DNA of 64,000 bases from an uncultured Actinomycetes bacterium. Lineage in GTDB: Bacteria > Actinomycetota > Acidimicrobiia > Acidimicrobiales > Microtrichaceae. Under the pieces are notes generated by a model, which saw only the letters and a program-made list of their open reading frames with translations, was not told the origin of the DNA and did not search any database. A program made the translations under genes and the position numbers. Below, in pieces: positions 50,564 to 59,474 of this stretch. The number at the start of each line of letters is the position of its first letter. The first letter of the stretch is position 1. Where the stretch lies: NCBI GenBank assembly GCA_903852755.1, contig CAINRS010000057.1, positions 505-64,504 of the forward strand, given 5' to 3'.

Positions 50564-51893
50564 GCGCAGCGGCGATCCGCTCGAGTCCGGCGCTCCGGGA
50601 GGCCTTGACGAGCACGGCGTCTCCCGCTCCCAGACCGGCGAGCGCCTGCAGGACCCCGTCGATCCCGTCGACCGGGGGCACCCCGTACAGGTCGGTCCCG
50701 ACGGTCACGACCTCGAGCCCGAGTTCAGCCGCCGCACCCGCCACCCGGCGGTGCTCGGTCGCCTCGTCGGCACCGAGCTCCGCCATGTACCCGAGGACCG
50801 CCACCCGTCGAGCGGCGTCGAGCGCAGCGAGCGACCGGAGCGCGGCGAGCATCGACGTCGGATTGGCGTTGTAGGCGTCGTTGAGCACGACCAGGCCCGA
50901 CGGTGCGTGGGTGAGCTCCATGCGCCACGGCGACAACTCGGGGTCGGCGAGTCCGGCGGCGATCTCCCCCACCTCCACACCGAGCACCCCGGCAGCGGCC
51001 GCAGCGGCCAGGGCGTTGGCAACGTTGTGCTCACCCCGGACCCCCAGCCTGACGGCTGCCGAGCCTCCGGGGACGTGCAGGGTGAACCGTGCGCACAGGT
51101 CGTCGTCGAGCCGGACGTCAGTGGCCCGGACGTCGCCGGCCGTCCCGAAGGTCACGACACGAGCTGCCGTGACCCCGGCCATCGCAGCGACCCGCGGGTC
51201 GTCGGCGTTGAGGACCGCGACACCGTCGGCGGGCAGGGACTCGACCAGCTCGGACTTGGCCTCGGCGATGCGGTCGACCCCGCCCATGAACTCGGAGTGC
51301 ACCGCCGCAACCAGCGTGACCACGCCGACCGACGGCGCCGCCAGGTCGCACAGCGTCCGCACGTGCCCGTGGCCCCGGGCTCCCATCTCGACGACGACCG
51401 CCTCGACCCCGTCGGGAGCATTCGCGAGTGTGAGCGGCACCCCGAGCTCGTTGTTGAACGACTTCTCGGACGCAGCGGTGAGGAACCGGCGGCGCAGGAC
51501 GGAGGCGAGCAGGTCCTTGGTCGTGGTCTTGCCGACCGAGCCGGTGACCCCCACGACCCGACCGGATGCCGTGGCGTCGATCCGGCTGCGGACCAACCGT
51601 GCGAGGTCGGCCAGTGCCCGGTCGACCGAGGGCACCACGATCGCCGGCGTCCCGGCGAGCGCACCGGCGTCGACGCGTTCCACCAGGCACGCCCCGGCGC
51701 CCGCGGCCACTGCGTCGGCCACGTAGTCGTGGCCGTCCCGGGCACCGGACACGGCTGCGAAGAGCTGGCCCGGTCGCAGCGTGCGGGAGTCGATCGAGAG
51801 GCCGTCGACGACGACCGTCGATCCGTCGGGTCCGCCACCGGGTTCCACCCGACCTCCCAGGGCAGCGGCTGTGTCCTCCAGTTGGATGCGCAC
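50526..51893 (-). CDS. murF: UDP-N-acetylmuramoyl-tripeptide--D-alanyl-D-alanine ligase
   Basis: Start at GTG 51893. Sequence: DSRTLRPGQLFAAV.G...DGHDYV, VTGSVGKTTTKD, NNELGVPLTL, VVEMGARGHG, DAYNANPTSM. Confidence 0.9.
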   Translation of the reverse strand: MRIQLEDTAAALGGRVEPGGGPDGSTVVVDGLSIDSRTLRPGQLFAAVSGARDGHDYVADAVAAGAGACLVERVDAGALAGTPAIVVPSVDRALADLARLVRSRIDATASGRVVGVTGSVGKTTTKDLLASVLRRRFLTAASEKSFNNELGVPLTLANAPDGVEAVVVEMGARGHGHVRTLCDLAAPSVGVVTLVAAVHSEFMGGVDRIAEAKSELVESLPADGVAVLNADDPRVAAMAGVTAARVVTFGTAGDVRATDVRLDDDLCARFTLHVPGGSAAVRLGVRGEHNVANALAAAAAAGVLGVEVGEIAAGLADPELSPWRMELTHAPSGLVVLNDAYNANPTSMLAALRSLAALDAARRVAVLGYMAELGADEATEHRRVAGAAAELGLEVVTVGTDLYGVPPVDGIDGVLQALAGLGAGDAVLVKASRSAGLERIAAALSDSPGGPGPAA

Positions 51894-51979
51894 GGTGGGA
51901 GTCTGACACCCCGGACGGAAACACCCGGAGCACCGCGGCGGGCGGTAGTGTCTCGGCGTCCATCGACCGAGGAGGCCCC

Positions 51980-52483
51980 GTGGGACTCGGCTCCTTCGCC
52001 TACAACCTCGTGCTCCTGCTGCACATCGTCTGCGTGATCGTCGGGTTCGGCGGCGTGATCCTGAACGGGGTCTACGCATCCCGGGCCCAGCAGTTGCCAC
52101 CCGAGCAGAACCTCGCCGTGATGGAGGTCAACTCCTTCGTGAGCATGAAGGTCGCCGAGATCTTCATCTACCTCGTCCCGATCTTCGGGTTCGGACTGGT
52201 GAGCATGAGCGACGGGGCGTACGGGTGGGGCGACCTGTGGGTCTGGCTGTCGATCGTCATCTACGTGATCTCGCTCGGCGTGTCCCACGGACTGCTCATG
52301 CCGACCGTCAAGAAGATGCTCGACCTCCAACGCGGGATGGTCGCTGCCGGACCGCCCAGCGCCGGTCCCCCGCCGGAGGTGGCTCAGCTCCAGGCGATGG
52401 GCAAGCGGATCGGCGGGACGTCCATGCTGCTGCACCTGTCGCTGGTGGTCATCCTCATCCTGATGATCTGGAAGCCGACCTGA
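51980..52483 (+). CDS. small integral membrane protein (DUF2269-like)
   Basis: Start at GTG 51980, preceded by GAGGAGG. Four hydrophobic segments (NLVLLLHIVCVIVGFGGVIL...LHLSLVVILILMIW). The family name comes from memory of similar 4-TM proteins and is low-certainty. Confidence 0.6.
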   Translation: MGLGSFAYNLVLLLHIVCVIVGFGGVILNGVYASRAQQLPPEQNLAVMEVNSFVSMKVAEIFIYLVPIFGFGLVSMSDGAYGWGDLWVWLSIVIYVISLGVSHGLLMPTVKKMLDLQRGMVAAGPPSAGPPPEVAQLQAMGKRIGGTSMLLHLSLVVILILMIWKPT

Positions 52484-52485
52484 CC

Positions 52486-53592
52486 GTGCTCCCCGAACGG
52501 GTGCGGCTGGTCGTGCTCTTCGGGGGGCGCTCCGCCGAGCACGAGGTGAGCTGCACCTCGGCCGCCAACGTGGTGCGGGCCCTCGACCCCGGACGCTACG
52601 CCGTCGAGCTCGTCGGCATCGACCAGTCCGGGCGCTGGCACCGGTCCGAGGCGGCGCAGTCGATGCTCTCCGGCGGACCCGGCGCCATCCCGGCGGCGCT
52701 CCCGGTCGACGGACCCGACGTGGACCGCGAAGCGGTGCTCCGCAGCGACCGGAGCCCCGAGGACGCGGCCGCTCCGACCGTGGTGTTCCCCGTCCTCCAC
52801 GGCCCGAACGGCGAGGACGGCACCGTGCAGGGGTTCCTCGAGCTGCTCGACCTGCCCTACGTCGGCTCGGGCGTGCTCGGCTCCGCACTGTGCATGGACA
52901 AGGCGGCCGCCAAGACCGTGCTCGGCGCACACGACATCCCCCAGGGGCGCTGGCTGCAGGTCGACCGGGGCATCCTGCACGACGAGGCACGACGCGTCGA
53001 CCTGCTGTCGCGGCTGGGGCAGACCGTCTTCGTCAAGCCCGCGAACCTGGGCTCGTCGGTCGGCATCAGCAGGCGGTCGGGCATCGAGGACCTGCTCGCA
53101 GGCCTGCAGGTGGCGTTCGACTACGACGACGTCGTCGTCGTCGAGGAGGCCCTCTCGGTGCGCGAGCTCGAGACCGCCGTGCTGGGCGCACCCGACGGGC
53201 TGCGGGTGTCGCTCGTCGGCGAGGTGGTCACGGGGGGAGCGTTCTACGACTACGAGGAGAAGTACCTCAAGGGCGATGCCAGGACCGTCGTCCCCGCCGA
53301 CATCGCCGACGACGTGGCCGAGGCCGCACGATCGCTCGCCATCCGGGCGGCATGGGCGCTCCGGGTCGACGGCATGGCGCGGGTCGACCTGTTCCTCACC
53401 GACGACGGACGACTGCTCGTCAACGAGGTGAACACCATCCCGGGGTTCACGGACATCTCGATGTACCCGATGCTGTGGGCGGCGAGTGGCGTCCCCTACC
53501 CCGAACTGCTCGACGAACTGGTCCGACTGGCACTCGAGCGCCACGCCCGCAGGGCTCAGCTGCAGCGGTCCCGCACCGACGGCGCGCAGTAG
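52486..53592 (+). CDS. ddl: D-alanine--D-alanine ligase
   Basis: Start at GTG 52486. Sequence: VVLFGGRSAEHEVS, VLHGPNGEDGTVQGFLELLDLPYVGSGV, KPANLGSSVGI, FYDYEEKY, EVNTIPGFT. Confidence 0.92.
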   Translation: MLPERVRLVVLFGGRSAEHEVSCTSAANVVRALDPGRYAVELVGIDQSGRWHRSEAAQSMLSGGPGAIPAALPVDGPDVDREAVLRSDRSPEDAAAPTVVFPVLHGPNGEDGTVQGFLELLDLPYVGSGVLGSALCMDKAAAKTVLGAHDIPQGRWLQVDRGILHDEARRVDLLSRLGQTVFVKPANLGSSVGISRRSGIEDLLAGLQVAFDYDDVVVVEEALSVRELETAVLGAPDGLRVSLVGEVVTGGAFYDYEEKYLKGDARTVVPADIADDVAEAARSLAIRAAWALRVDGMARVDLFLTDDGRLLVNEVNTIPGFTDISMYPMLWAASGVPYPELLDELVRLALERHARRAQLQRSRTDGAQ

Positions 53593-55028
53593 ACGGCGAA
53601 CCCGTCCACGGTCGCCGCCCGGGCCCACGCACCCGAGGCGTCGAGCAGGGGCACGAGCGGCTTGTCCTCGCGGAACACCAGCACGTCCGGGCCGATCCGG
53701 TCGAGCACCTCGGGCCAGTCGCTGCGGGCCTGGTCGAGCGACCGGTGGTCGAGCATCGTGTCGACCGAGGGCCGGTCGTCGGCGAACGCGTTGGCAGCGG
53801 TGCCGTAGCGCCAGACCAGGTAGTTGCCGACGTCCACGTGGCTCACCACCCGGACGTCCGGAGTGGCCACCAGTCCGCGGGCCTCGAGCCAGTCGACCGC
53901 CGCCACGGGGTACCGGTCGAGCTCGTAGGCCGGACCACGACACGCCGAGAACACGGCGGCGACGAGCAGCGCGACGCCGGCGATCCGCACCGGCGTGGCC
54001 AGCCGTCGTGACCGGAGGCCGGGCCCGATCTTGGCGAAGGTCCCGGACGCCCACGGCAGGAGCGAGATGGCCGCAACCGGCAGCAGCCGGCCGGCGCTCA
54101 GCCCGAGGACCACGAGCACCACGGCGACCGCCACGCTCGGCCAGCGCCGGGCCCGGACCAGTGTGACGGCCGCCGCCAGCCCGAGCAGCACGACCGCCCA
54201 CGTGAGCGGATGCCCCCACCCCGCCGGGGCCCACTCCTGGTACGAGGAGATGGCCTCACGGGCCCGGTCGTCCCCGAGCTGCTCGAACGGGAGCACCACG
54301 AGCCGCAGGCGTTCCGGGTACAGCAGTCCGCCCAGCGCCACACCGGCCCCGGCGGCGAGCACCGCCGGCACCCGGACCCAACGCCGCCGCTCGAGCGACG
54401 CCGCAGCGCTGAGCATGACCAGGACGGCGAGGCCGTAGAGCCAGGTCCCGTGCACGTTCACCCACACGGCGAACACCGGCAGCATCCACCAATGGGACCG
54501 GTCGTCACGCCAGAGCACCAGCGCTGCGGCGAGGAGCAGGAACCCGGCGATGTGGGGACGTGGCGTGGTGAACGGCGAGAGCGTGACGACCACCAGTGCG
54601 ACCGGGACGACGACACCGAGCAGTGACACCGGCTCGCCCGAGGAACGCTCGGGTCGGGCGAGCGTCACCAGTGCGGCGCCGAGCAACGCCCCGAGACCCA
54701 CGAGCAGGAGCCTGATCCCGGCACCGCCCGCCAGGTCCTCGACGACCGACAGCGCTCCGGAGAACCACCAACTCGGTACCGGGAAGTCCCCGCCGGTGAA
54801 CAGGAACGGATTGGTCGCAGGGAGTCCTTGCTCCTGCAGCAACCGACCGGTGGCCAGGTGCGTCAGGAAGCTGTTGTCGGCGAGCGGTCCGCTCGACATG
54901 AGCGCCACCGTCCCGGCGCAGGCCCAGGTGAGCGCCCCGAGGAGCGGCAGGGAGGAACCGGCCGCGGTCGGCCCCGGAGTTCGCTCACCGTCGAGGGCCG
55001 CTCCCGTCAGCTCGGTCACGGCGTCCAC
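53556..55028 (-). CDS. polytopic membrane protein of unknown function with a C-terminal soluble domain
   Basis: 490 aa with about 10 hydrophobic segments, followed by a tail of about 130 aa (YPVAAVDWLEARGL...GNYLVWRYG...). It lies directly downstream of tadC on the same strand and overlaps the ddl 3' end by 37 nt. Confidence 0.6.
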   Translation of the reverse strand: MDAVTELTGAALDGERTPGPTAAGSSLPLLGALTWACAGTVALMSSGPLADNSFLTHLATGRLLQEQGLPATNPFLFTGGDFPVPSWWFSGALSVVEDLAGGAGIRLLLVGLGALLGAALVTLARPERSSGEPVSLLGVVVPVALVVVTLSPFTTPRPHIAGFLLLAAALVLWRDDRSHWWMLPVFAVWVNVHGTWLYGLAVLVMLSAAASLERRRWVRVPAVLAAGAGVALGGLLYPERLRLVVLPFEQLGDDRAREAISSYQEWAPAGWGHPLTWAVVLLGLAAAVTLVRARRWPSVAVAVVLVVLGLSAGRLLPVAAISLLPWASGTFAKIGPGLRSRRLATPVRIAGVALLVAAVFSACRGPAYELDRYPVAAVDWLEARGLVATPDVRVVSHVDVGNYLVWRYGTAANAFADDRPSVDTMLDHRSLDQARSDWPEVLDRIGPDVLVFREDKPLVPLLDASGAWARAATVDGFAVYCAPSVRDRCS

Positions 55029-55041
55029 TGTGGCACTTCAG

Positions 55042-55965
55042 TCACATCGACATGATGTTGATCAACGCCGGGCCGAGGATGATGGCGAACAGCGCCGGGA
55101 AGATGCAGAACACCATCGGGATGAGCATCTTCACGGGCGCCTTCTGCGCACGTTCCTCGGCGAGCTGCCGCCGCTTGACCCGCATCTCCTCGGCCTGGGA
55201 CCGCAGCACCCGGCCGATCGAGACGCCGAAGGTGTCGGCCTGGATGATCGACATGACGAACGACCGGAGCTCGGGGACCTCGCAGCGGGCGTCCATGGCC
55301 CGCATCGCCTCGGCCCGTGCGGCTCCGGCTCGGGTCTCACCGAGGACACGGGCGAACTCGTCGCTGAGTGGACCGGGCACCGAGTGGATCACCCGGTCCA
55401 TGGCCTGCTCGAAGCCCAGCCCCGCCTCGACCGAGATCACGAGCAGGTCGAGCACGTCCGGCAACGAGGACTGGATCGCCCGTTGGCGGGCCTCGACCTG
55501 CTTGTTGATCCAGCTGTCGGGGCCGAGCAGCAGCACAGCGGCGAGCAGACCGGGGACGGCGACCCTCGCCATGCCGGTGAGCCCGAGCAGGTTGCTCCCG
55601 AGCAGCAGCACGACGACGAACACGGCGCCGACCACGGTCGCCACCCGAACGGCGAGGAACCGGTCGACCGCCGACGGGTCGTTCATGCCCGCCACGGTGA
55701 ACTTCCGGCGGACCTTCTCGACGTACCCGACCGGCGTGAACCGGCGGCCGAGCGAGCTGAGCGAGCCGAGGAGTGGATCGATCGCCCGGGCCCGGAGCGG
55801 ATCGAGCAGTTCCCGGTCGCGGTCGTTGTCGACCACGGGACCGGTCACCTCGCGCAGGGAACGACGCAGTTCGGCACGTTCGGTGAGGCCCCCGACGACG
55901 ACCGCGACGATCGCGCCGACTGCGGTCGCCAGCAGGAGCACCGGGATCAATGCAGCGGGTCCCAC
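55042..55965 (-). CDS. tadC: Tad/Flp pilus assembly inner-membrane protein TadC (T2SS F family)
   Basis: 307 aa. T2SSF domain: LPDVLDLLVISVEAGLGFEQAM. TM segments at both ends. GTG start lies 1 nt after the tadB stop. Confidence 0.85.
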   Translation of the reverse strand: MGPAALIPVLLLATAVGAIVAVVVGGLTERAELRRSLREVTGPVVDNDRDRELLDPLRARAIDPLLGSLSSLGRRFTPVGYVEKVRRKFTVAGMNDPSAVDRFLAVRVATVVGAVFVVVLLLGSNLLGLTGMARVAVPGLLAAVLLLGPDSWINKQVEARQRAIQSSLPDVLDLLVISVEAGLGFEQAMDRVIHSVPGPLSDEFARVLGETRAGAARAEAMRAMDARCEVPELRSFVMSIIQADTFGVSIGRVLRSQAEEMRVKRRQLAEERAQKAPVKMLIPMVFCIFPALFAIILGPALINIMSM

Positions 55966-55966
55966 C

Positions 55967-57895
55967 TCAGATCTCCACCGTGATGAGCTTCTTCATCCAG
56001 ATGAAGCCCACGAGCATCGACACGAGCGAACCGCCGAGCATCAGGTAGCCGAGCCCCGGAGTGAGGAGCGCCGTCACGTACTCCGGATTGACGACGTACA
56101 TGACGGCGCCGAGGATGAACGGCATCAACCCCAGGACCATGGCGCTCATCCGACCCTCGGCGGTGAGCGATGCCACGTCACGGCGCAGGCGATCCCGCTG
56201 CGTCATGGTCTTCGACACGGTGAGCAGGAGCTCGGCCAGGTTGCCGCCGACCTCGCGCTGGATGCGGATCGCCATGACCGCCCACGCGAAGTCCTCGCTG
56301 CCCATGCGGTCCGCGACCCCCTCGAGTGACTCCTCGAGCGACCGGCCCAGCCGGTGCTCGTTGACGACCCGCTGCAGCTCCCGACCCATCGGATCGGGGA
56401 TCTCCTTGGACACGGCGTCGATCCCCTGTGAGATCGAGTAGCCCGCCCGGAGCGTCCCGGCGAGCAGGTCGAGCATGTCGGGGAGCTGCGACTCAAAGGA
56501 GGCGACGCGACGGCGGATGCGGATGTTGATCACCACCCGGGGGAGCATCACCCCGATGAGCAGCGCGGCCACCGCGACCAGGAGGCTGCCGCTCAGCAGG
56601 AACACGAGCGCCGAACCCAGGACGGCGGCGGCGAGGCCGAAGAACAGGGCCTCGGCTGCACGCAGTGGCAGGTTCGCCCGCTCGAGTTCGTGCTCGAGGC
56701 GTTCGAGGAGCCCCTGACGGTCGGCGATGCTGCCGGTGATCGCCACGGCTCGCTGCAGGATCGGCACTGTCGCCACCTCGGCGACGGGCGGTCCGTCTGG
56801 GGCGACCACGGCCGACTCGTCGTAGGCCTCGAGCCGCTCCGCGAGCTGGCGGCGGCCGAGCAGCATCGAGACCAGCATCCAGGCGGCCAGGACCAGCGCT
56901 GCGGCGCCCGTCAGGGCGACCAGCGCCACGACCACCGGGTTGTCGAGCACCCGCCCGACCACCGACGGCGAGTCCACCACGGGCGGAGCGAGCGCCGCTG
57001 GACCGCGCCGGTCGAACCCGGGGGCGAGGGTGACTGCCGTGGCCGCCCCGTCCAGGCCGACGGTCAACGTGCGTTCGACCGGTCCCGCACCGGGGTCGAC
57101 CTCGGTCCGGAAGCGGCTCGCGAAGAGCGCCCCGATACGGCCGACCCCCTCCTCGTACTGCTCGTCCGAACCGAGCGGCAGCACCTCGCCGCCGGAGGCG
57201 TCCACCAGCCGGGCGAGCTGGCCGACAGGAGCGGAGCGTCCGACCACCAGCGCCTCGACCGACGCACCGGCGCCGACCAGTGCCCGCTCGGCCGCCCCGA
57301 TGGTCGCGGTGCCCCGCTCGGGTGTGGCGGCGAGCACCACCACCGCACGACGCGCCGTCGGGTCGCCACGTCCGAGCAGATCCGCTGCGGCGGTGACGGT
57401 CCCGAGCAGGTCGGAGCCCGTGGAGTCGCTGAGCGCCACCCGGTCGAGCGCGGCACGGACGGCCTCCGGGTCCTCGCTCAGCGGCACCAGGACGTCGGGT
57501 CCGCCGCTCGTGGTGAGGACGGTGGCGCGCACCGGACCACCGGATCCGGGCAGGAGCTGCTCGAGTGCGTCAGCGGCGAGCTGCACCGTCCCGTTCGGCT
57601 GGCCGGCTGCATCGTCGACCACGAATGCGACCTCGAGCGGGATCCGATCGGCACCGACGGTCCCGGCGGCCAGCTCCCGGTCGCCGGATGCGACGGTGAC
57701 CGGGCCCGCGGTGAGACCCGGGGCGAACCCTTCGAGGACGACGGGACCCCCGGCGGCCCGGACCGAGTCGATGCGGAGCTCACCCTGGACGTCACCGGCG
57801 GCGGCGGCGCCGGATCCCAGCGCGGCCACGCCCAGGACGCACAGGACGGCTGCCGCCCCGAAGGCCACCCTGACGCGGGGGGTGACGACCATCAC
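55967..57895 (-). CDS. tadB: TadB (T2SS F family) fused to an N-terminal secreted VWA-like domain of about 330 aa
   Basis: 642 aa. Signal-like N-terminus (AFGAAAVLCVLGVAALGSGAAAAG), then an alternating beta/alpha region (VAFVVDDAAG...RAVVVLAATPERG...VEALVVG), a TM segment, and a T2SSF domain (LPDMLDLLAGTLRAGYSISQGI). GTGA overlap with the cpaF stop. Confidence 0.8.
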   Translation of the reverse strand: MMVVTPRVRVAFGAAAVLCVLGVAALGSGAAAAGDVQGELRIDSVRAAGGPVVLEGFAPGLTAGPVTVASGDRELAAGTVGADRIPLEVAFVVDDAAGQPNGTVQLAADALEQLLPGSGGPVRATVLTTSGGPDVLVPLSEDPEAVRAALDRVALSDSTGSDLLGTVTAAADLLGRGDPTARRAVVVLAATPERGTATIGAAERALVGAGASVEALVVGRSAPVGQLARLVDASGGEVLPLGSDEQYEEGVGRIGALFASRFRTEVDPGAGPVERTLTVGLDGAATAVTLAPGFDRRGPAALAPPVVDSPSVVGRVLDNPVVVALVALTGAAALVLAAWMLVSMLLGRRQLAERLEAYDESAVVAPDGPPVAEVATVPILQRAVAITGSIADRQGLLERLEHELERANLPLRAAEALFFGLAAAVLGSALVFLLSGSLLVAVAALLIGVMLPRVVINIRIRRRVASFESQLPDMLDLLAGTLRAGYSISQGIDAVSKEIPDPMGRELQRVVNEHRLGRSLEESLEGVADRMGSEDFAWAVMAIRIQREVGGNLAELLLTVSKTMTQRDRLRRDVASLTAEGRMSAMVLGLMPFILGAVMYVVNPEYVTALLTPGLGYLMLGGSLVSMLVGFIWMKKLITVEI

Positions 57896-59454
57896 TGGGC
57901 CCGGTTCGTGGCCGTGAACACCTCGGGTCCGAGGTGGAGTCCGTGGTCGGCGAGCTGCTCGGCGAATCGCGGTCGGACGCCGGTCGGCTGCAGCTGTCCG
58001 AGGTACCGGCCCTCCGGATCGACGCCGGCGGCGAAGTCGAACAGGAAGATGTCCTGCAGTGTGATGACCTCGCCCTCCATCCCCTGCACCTCCGTGATGT
58101 GGGTGACCCGCCGCGTCCCGTCGCTCAAGCGGGTGAGCTGCACGATCAGGTCGACCGCCGACGAGAGCTGTTCCCGGATGGCCCGGACGGGCAGGTCGAA
58201 TCCTGCCATCAGGACCAGGGTCTCGAGACGGGAGAGCGCATCACGCGGGCTGTTGGAGTGGACGGTGGTCAGCGAACCGTCGTGACCGGTGTTCATGGCC
58301 TGGAGCATGTCGAGCGCCTCACCCGAGCGACACTCCCCCACGACGATCCGGTCGGGACGCATGCGGAGCGTGTTCTTGACCAGGTCACGGATGGTCACCT
58401 CGCCCCGGCCCTCGACGTTGGCCGGACGGGACTCCAGGCTGAGCACGTGCTCCTGGTGCAGCTGGAGCTCCTTGGCGTCCTCGACGGTGATGATCCGCTC
58501 GTCGCTGGGGATGAAGCTGCTGAGGACGTTGAGCAGGGTCGTCTTGCCGGTACCGGTGCCGCCCGAGACGATCACGTTCAGGCGACCGAGGATGCAGGCC
58601 TGCAGGAACCTCGCCGACCGCGCGTCGAGCGATCCGAACCGGATCAGGTCGTCGACCTGGAGCGGGTCGGCCGAGAACTTCCGGATCGTGAGGAACGGAC
58701 CGCCGATCGCCAGCGGGGCGATCACGGCGTTGACACGGGAACCGTCGGGGAGCCGTGCATCGACCATCGGTGCCGACTCGTCGATGCGCCGACCGACCTG
58801 CGAGACGATCTTGTCGATCACCCGACGGACGTGGTCGGCGTCGAGGAACCTGATCGACGGATCGCGGGTGAGCTTGCCCTTCCGCTCGACGAAGACGTCG
58901 TCGGGGCCGTTGACCATGACCTCGGTGACGTCGTCGTCGCGCAGGATCGGGTCGATCGGTCCGTACCCCAGGATGTCGTCGGTGACGTCCTGGATCAACT
59001 GGGCCTTGTCGGATGCCGACAGTGGCGCCTGCTCAGCGACGAGCGCCGTCTGCAGCTGTTCCTGCACCCGGCGGCGGAGTTCGTCCTCGTCGAGGGACCG
59101 GTCGAGCAGCAGCGGGCCGAGCTCGTCGATCAGCAGCTGGTGGATGCGGTGGCGGAGCGCCCCGATGGCCGGGTCGATCCGTCGCGCCGGCGCAGTGGTC
59201 GGCAGCCCGGCCTCGATGGGTCCCGACAGCAGCGACTCGTCGACCTGACCGAACGGAGACGGAGCGGCCGTCGGCGCCGGCGGGGGTGCCGGGGCGCCGG
59301 CGGGGGCGACCGGCGCCTCCTCGACGGTTCCGACGTGCTCGTCGTCTGGAGTCGGCGTCGAGGTCGGATCCGGCGCAGGAGTCGGCGTCGAGGTCGGGGG
59401 CGACGGCGCAGGCGGCGTGCCCTGACGCTGGCTGATCCTCTCGTAGAGCGACAC
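57892..59454 (-). CDS. cpaF: CpaF/TadA secretion ATPase with a Pro/Thr/Ala-rich N-terminal extension
   Basis: Walker A VSGGTGTGKTTLLN. Sequence: VEDAKELQL, RMRPDRIVVGECRSGEALDMLQAMNTGHDGSLTTVH. Confidence 0.93.
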   Translation of the reverse strand: MSLYERISQRQGTPPAPSPPTSTPTPAPDPTSTPTPDDEHVGTVEEAPVAPAGAPAPPPAPTAAPSPFGQVDESLLSGPIEAGLPTTAPARRIDPAIGALRHRIHQLLIDELGPLLLDRSLDEDELRRRVQEQLQTALVAEQAPLSASDKAQLIQDVTDDILGYGPIDPILRDDDVTEVMVNGPDDVFVERKGKLTRDPSIRFLDADHVRRVIDKIVSQVGRRIDESAPMVDARLPDGSRVNAVIAPLAIGGPFLTIRKFSADPLQVDDLIRFGSLDARSARFLQACILGRLNVIVSGGTGTGKTTLLNVLSSFIPSDERIITVEDAKELQLHQEHVLSLESRPANVEGRGEVTIRDLVKNTLRMRPDRIVVGECRSGEALDMLQAMNTGHDGSLTTVHSNSPRDALSRLETLVLMAGFDLPVRAIREQLSSAVDLIVQLTRLSDGTRRVTHITEVQGMEGEVITLQDIFLFDFAAGVDPEGRYLGQLQPTGVRPRFAEQLADHGLHLGPEVFTATNRAQ

Positions 59455-59474
59455 GGGTCTCCCTCTCCCTCAGG

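Noticed and set aside
52486-53592. Possibility that the ddl next to murF is a VanA/VanB-type D-Ala-D-Lac ligase resistance module
   Set aside because: The omega-loop region reads FYDYEEKY with the Tyr typical of D-Ala-D-Ala ligases. No vanH, vanX or vanRS-like genes are nearby.
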